Of a stretch of DNA of 59,964 bases, positions 58,392 to 59,964 are shown one piece after another. The position numbers and the translations under genes were made by a program. Every line of letters starts with the position of its first letter. Positions within the stretch are counted from its first letter, which is position 1. The notes beneath the pieces were generated by a model. That model did not search any database. It was given only the letters and a program-made list of their open reading frames with translations, and was not told the origin of the DNA. Source of the DNA: Campylobacteraceae bacterium (GTDB taxonomy: Bacteria; Campylobacterota; Campylobacteria; Campylobacterales; Campylobacteraceae); NCBI GenBank assembly GCA_031255525.1, contig JAIRSJ010000095.1, positions 1 through 59,964 of the forward strand, given 5' to 3'.

Positions 58392-59064
58392 CGACTGCTC
58401 CAAGCATCGTAATATAACCGCGGTAAGATAGATATATACCATATAAAATGATTATCGCAGAGGATATCTTAATCATTACATCTCTTATTTTTAAAACACC
58501 CAAGACAAAACCAAACCCCATCATGGCAGGAAGAGTGGCAACTCCAAAAGTTATCATAACAACAGCGCCCCAAAAAGCAGAACCGCCAACAGCAGCAAAT
58601 GCGGCAAAAAAATAAACCAACCCACACGGAAGAAAGCCGTTAAAAACTCCCAATAGATAAAAACTCGACAAGCTTTTTGATGCCGTAAGAAAATTATAGA
58701 TTTTTTTTACTGCGGGCTTCAGTATAAAAGAACTCTCAAGATATGTTAAAAATTTTATCTTGCCAATCAGCGAAACACCAAGCGCTACCATGAAACATCC
58801 AACCACAAACCATAAAAAGCCTTGCATTTTATAAGATAAAGAGACGGCCTGTCCCAAAAATCCAAAAACAGCTCCTAAAAGCGCATATGAACTGATTCGT
58901 CCGAAGTGATATATAAAATGTAAAAAAAACTGTTTGCCAAAAGGGGTGTCTTTGTTTATCTTATGAGCGCTAATAGCTGCAACAAAACCTCCGCACATGC
59001 CTATACAATGCGCACTTCCGCTCAACGCTGCAAGAAGGATTGCCGCAAAGTTGATAACATTCAT
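58378..59064 (-). CDS. polytopic membrane protein with an HCxxMCGG motif (DsbD_2/UreH-like family)
   Basis: 228 aa, about 6 TM segments. N-terminal SGSAHCIGMCGGFVAAI and a later GFLPCGLVY motif. Same slot as C. jejuni Cj1493c. Confidence 0.65.
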   Translation of the reverse strand: MNVINFAAILLAALSGSAHCIGMCGGFVAAISAHKINKDTPFGKQFFLHFIYHFGRISSYALLGAVFGFLGQAVSLSYKMQGFLWFVVGCFMVALGVSLIGKIKFLTYLESSFILKPAVKKIYNFLTASKSLSSFYLLGVFNGFLPCGLVYFFAAFAAVGGSAFWGAVVMITFGVATLPAMMGFGFVLGVLKIRDVMIKISSAIIILYGIYLSYRGYITMLGAVDGRT

Positions 59065-59076
59065 CTCAATATAGAT

Positions 59077-59964
59077 TTAAAGTTTTTTTGCAAACTTGCT
59101 AAAAATATATTTACTCTCATGAGGTCCCGGACTTGCCTCAGGATGGTGCTGAACCGAAAATATAGGTTCATCTATATATTCAAGCCCTTCTATCGTGTTG
59201 TCAAAAAGATTTATGTGTGTGATTTTAGCTATTTTGCAAATTTCTTCAGGTACACTGTAATTGTGATTTTGCGCTGTTATTTCAACATACTTGTTCTGTT
59301 CGTTGCGTACGGGGTGATTTCCGCCGTGTTGTCCGAATTTTAACTTATATGTGTCGTATCCGTGTGCGATTGAAAGCAATTGATGCCCTAAGCAAATGGC
59401 AAATATCGGTATTTTTGCTTTTATCAGCTTCTTTAACTCTTCAGCCTCTTTTTTCAACACCAACGGATCTCCCGGACCATTTGATAAAAATACTCCGTGT
59501 ATTTCACCTTCTTCGTATTTTTTGATAATTGTCTCGCTTTTCGTATTATATGGTACAACTTCAACGCTGATTCCGGCTTCAGAGAGTTCATTTAAAATAT
59601 TTCGCTTAATACCAAAATCAAACGCAATAACTTTTTTGCCTAAAATATGAGAAGCTTTCTTATACTTTAACTCTTTATCATTCCATGCACCGTTTTCATG
59701 TATATAGCTTTTTTTTGTACTCACTTGCGGCATATAGTCAAACTCTTCAATTCTCGGAGAGCTTTTAAGCATATTTTTTAATACATCTTTGCTGCTCTCT
59801 TTAGTAGAGGCTATCATCATTTTAGGTCCGCTTTCTCGTATCATTTTAGTCAAAAATCTGGTATCTACATCACAAATGCCAAATCCGTGGTGCTTTTTCA
59901 AAAATTCCGGAAAATCGCTCGTGCTTCTGAAATTTGAAGCTTTATCGTTTAAACTTCTAATGAA
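59077..59964 (-). CDS. carA: carbamoyl-phosphate synthase small (glutaminase) subunit, N-terminus beyond window edge
   Basis: The frame stays open to base 59964 upstream of the track Met. Catalytic Cys context PIFAICLGHQLL, and HGGNHPV and VQHHPE blocks. Confidence 0.93.
   Translation of the reverse strand, partial: FIRSLNDKASNFRSTSDFPEFLKKHHGFGICDVDTRFLTKMIRESGPKMMIASTKESSKDVLKNMLKSSPRIEEFDYMPQVSTKKSYIHENGAWNDKELKYKKASHILGKKVIAFDFGIKRNILNELSEAGISVEVVPYNTKSETIIKKYEEGEIHGVFLSNGPGDPLVLKKEAEELKKLIKAKIPIFAICLGHQLLSIAHGYDTYKLKFGQHGGNHPVRNEQNKYVEITAQNHNYSVPEEICKIAKITHINLFDNTIEGLEYIDEPIFSVQHHPEASPGPHESKYIFSKFAKKL

Overview
AT-rich, gene-dense chromosomal segment that looks like a Campylobacter-type epsilonproteobacterium (Campylobacterota). 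This is inferred from protein content and from blocks of gene order that I recall from C. jejuni: lysS-glyA-SPOR-aroE; dnaJ / racR-racS-recR; por-HAD hydrolase ... rpsI-rplM-addA-addB-ccoH...ccoPQON-two-component system-membrane protein-carA; and DUF2325-x-fldA. I call about 58 protein genes, one tmRNA (ssrA) and a few hairpin terminators and extended -10 promoters. I saw no tRNA, rRNA, CRISPR array, IS element, integrase or prophage genes. The standout is a 10.4 kb, tightly coupled 12-gene type II secretion-like operon (14181-24568), which starts after a 572 bp AT-rich spacer directly downstream of ssrA. Its gene order is permuted (G-H-F-K-L-M-N-C-D-E-I-J), four central genes are recognisable only by topology, the secretin carries an unusual acidic repeat tail, and there is no prepilin peptidase. 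Secondary points: a tandem pair of flavodoxin genes, one of them divergent; a conserved DUF2325 / unknown 243-aa / fldA operon; an LTXXQ (Spy/CpxP-like) gene inserted upstream of racRS; a variable and partly decayed region where C. jejuni has cadF; a 33-codon membrane ORF missing from the ORF track in the cbb3 accessory cluster; a candidate leaderless mRNA; a perfect 24-bp palindrome; and several unusually long non-coding gaps. All homology statements come from reading the translations by eye. No database search or computation was run.
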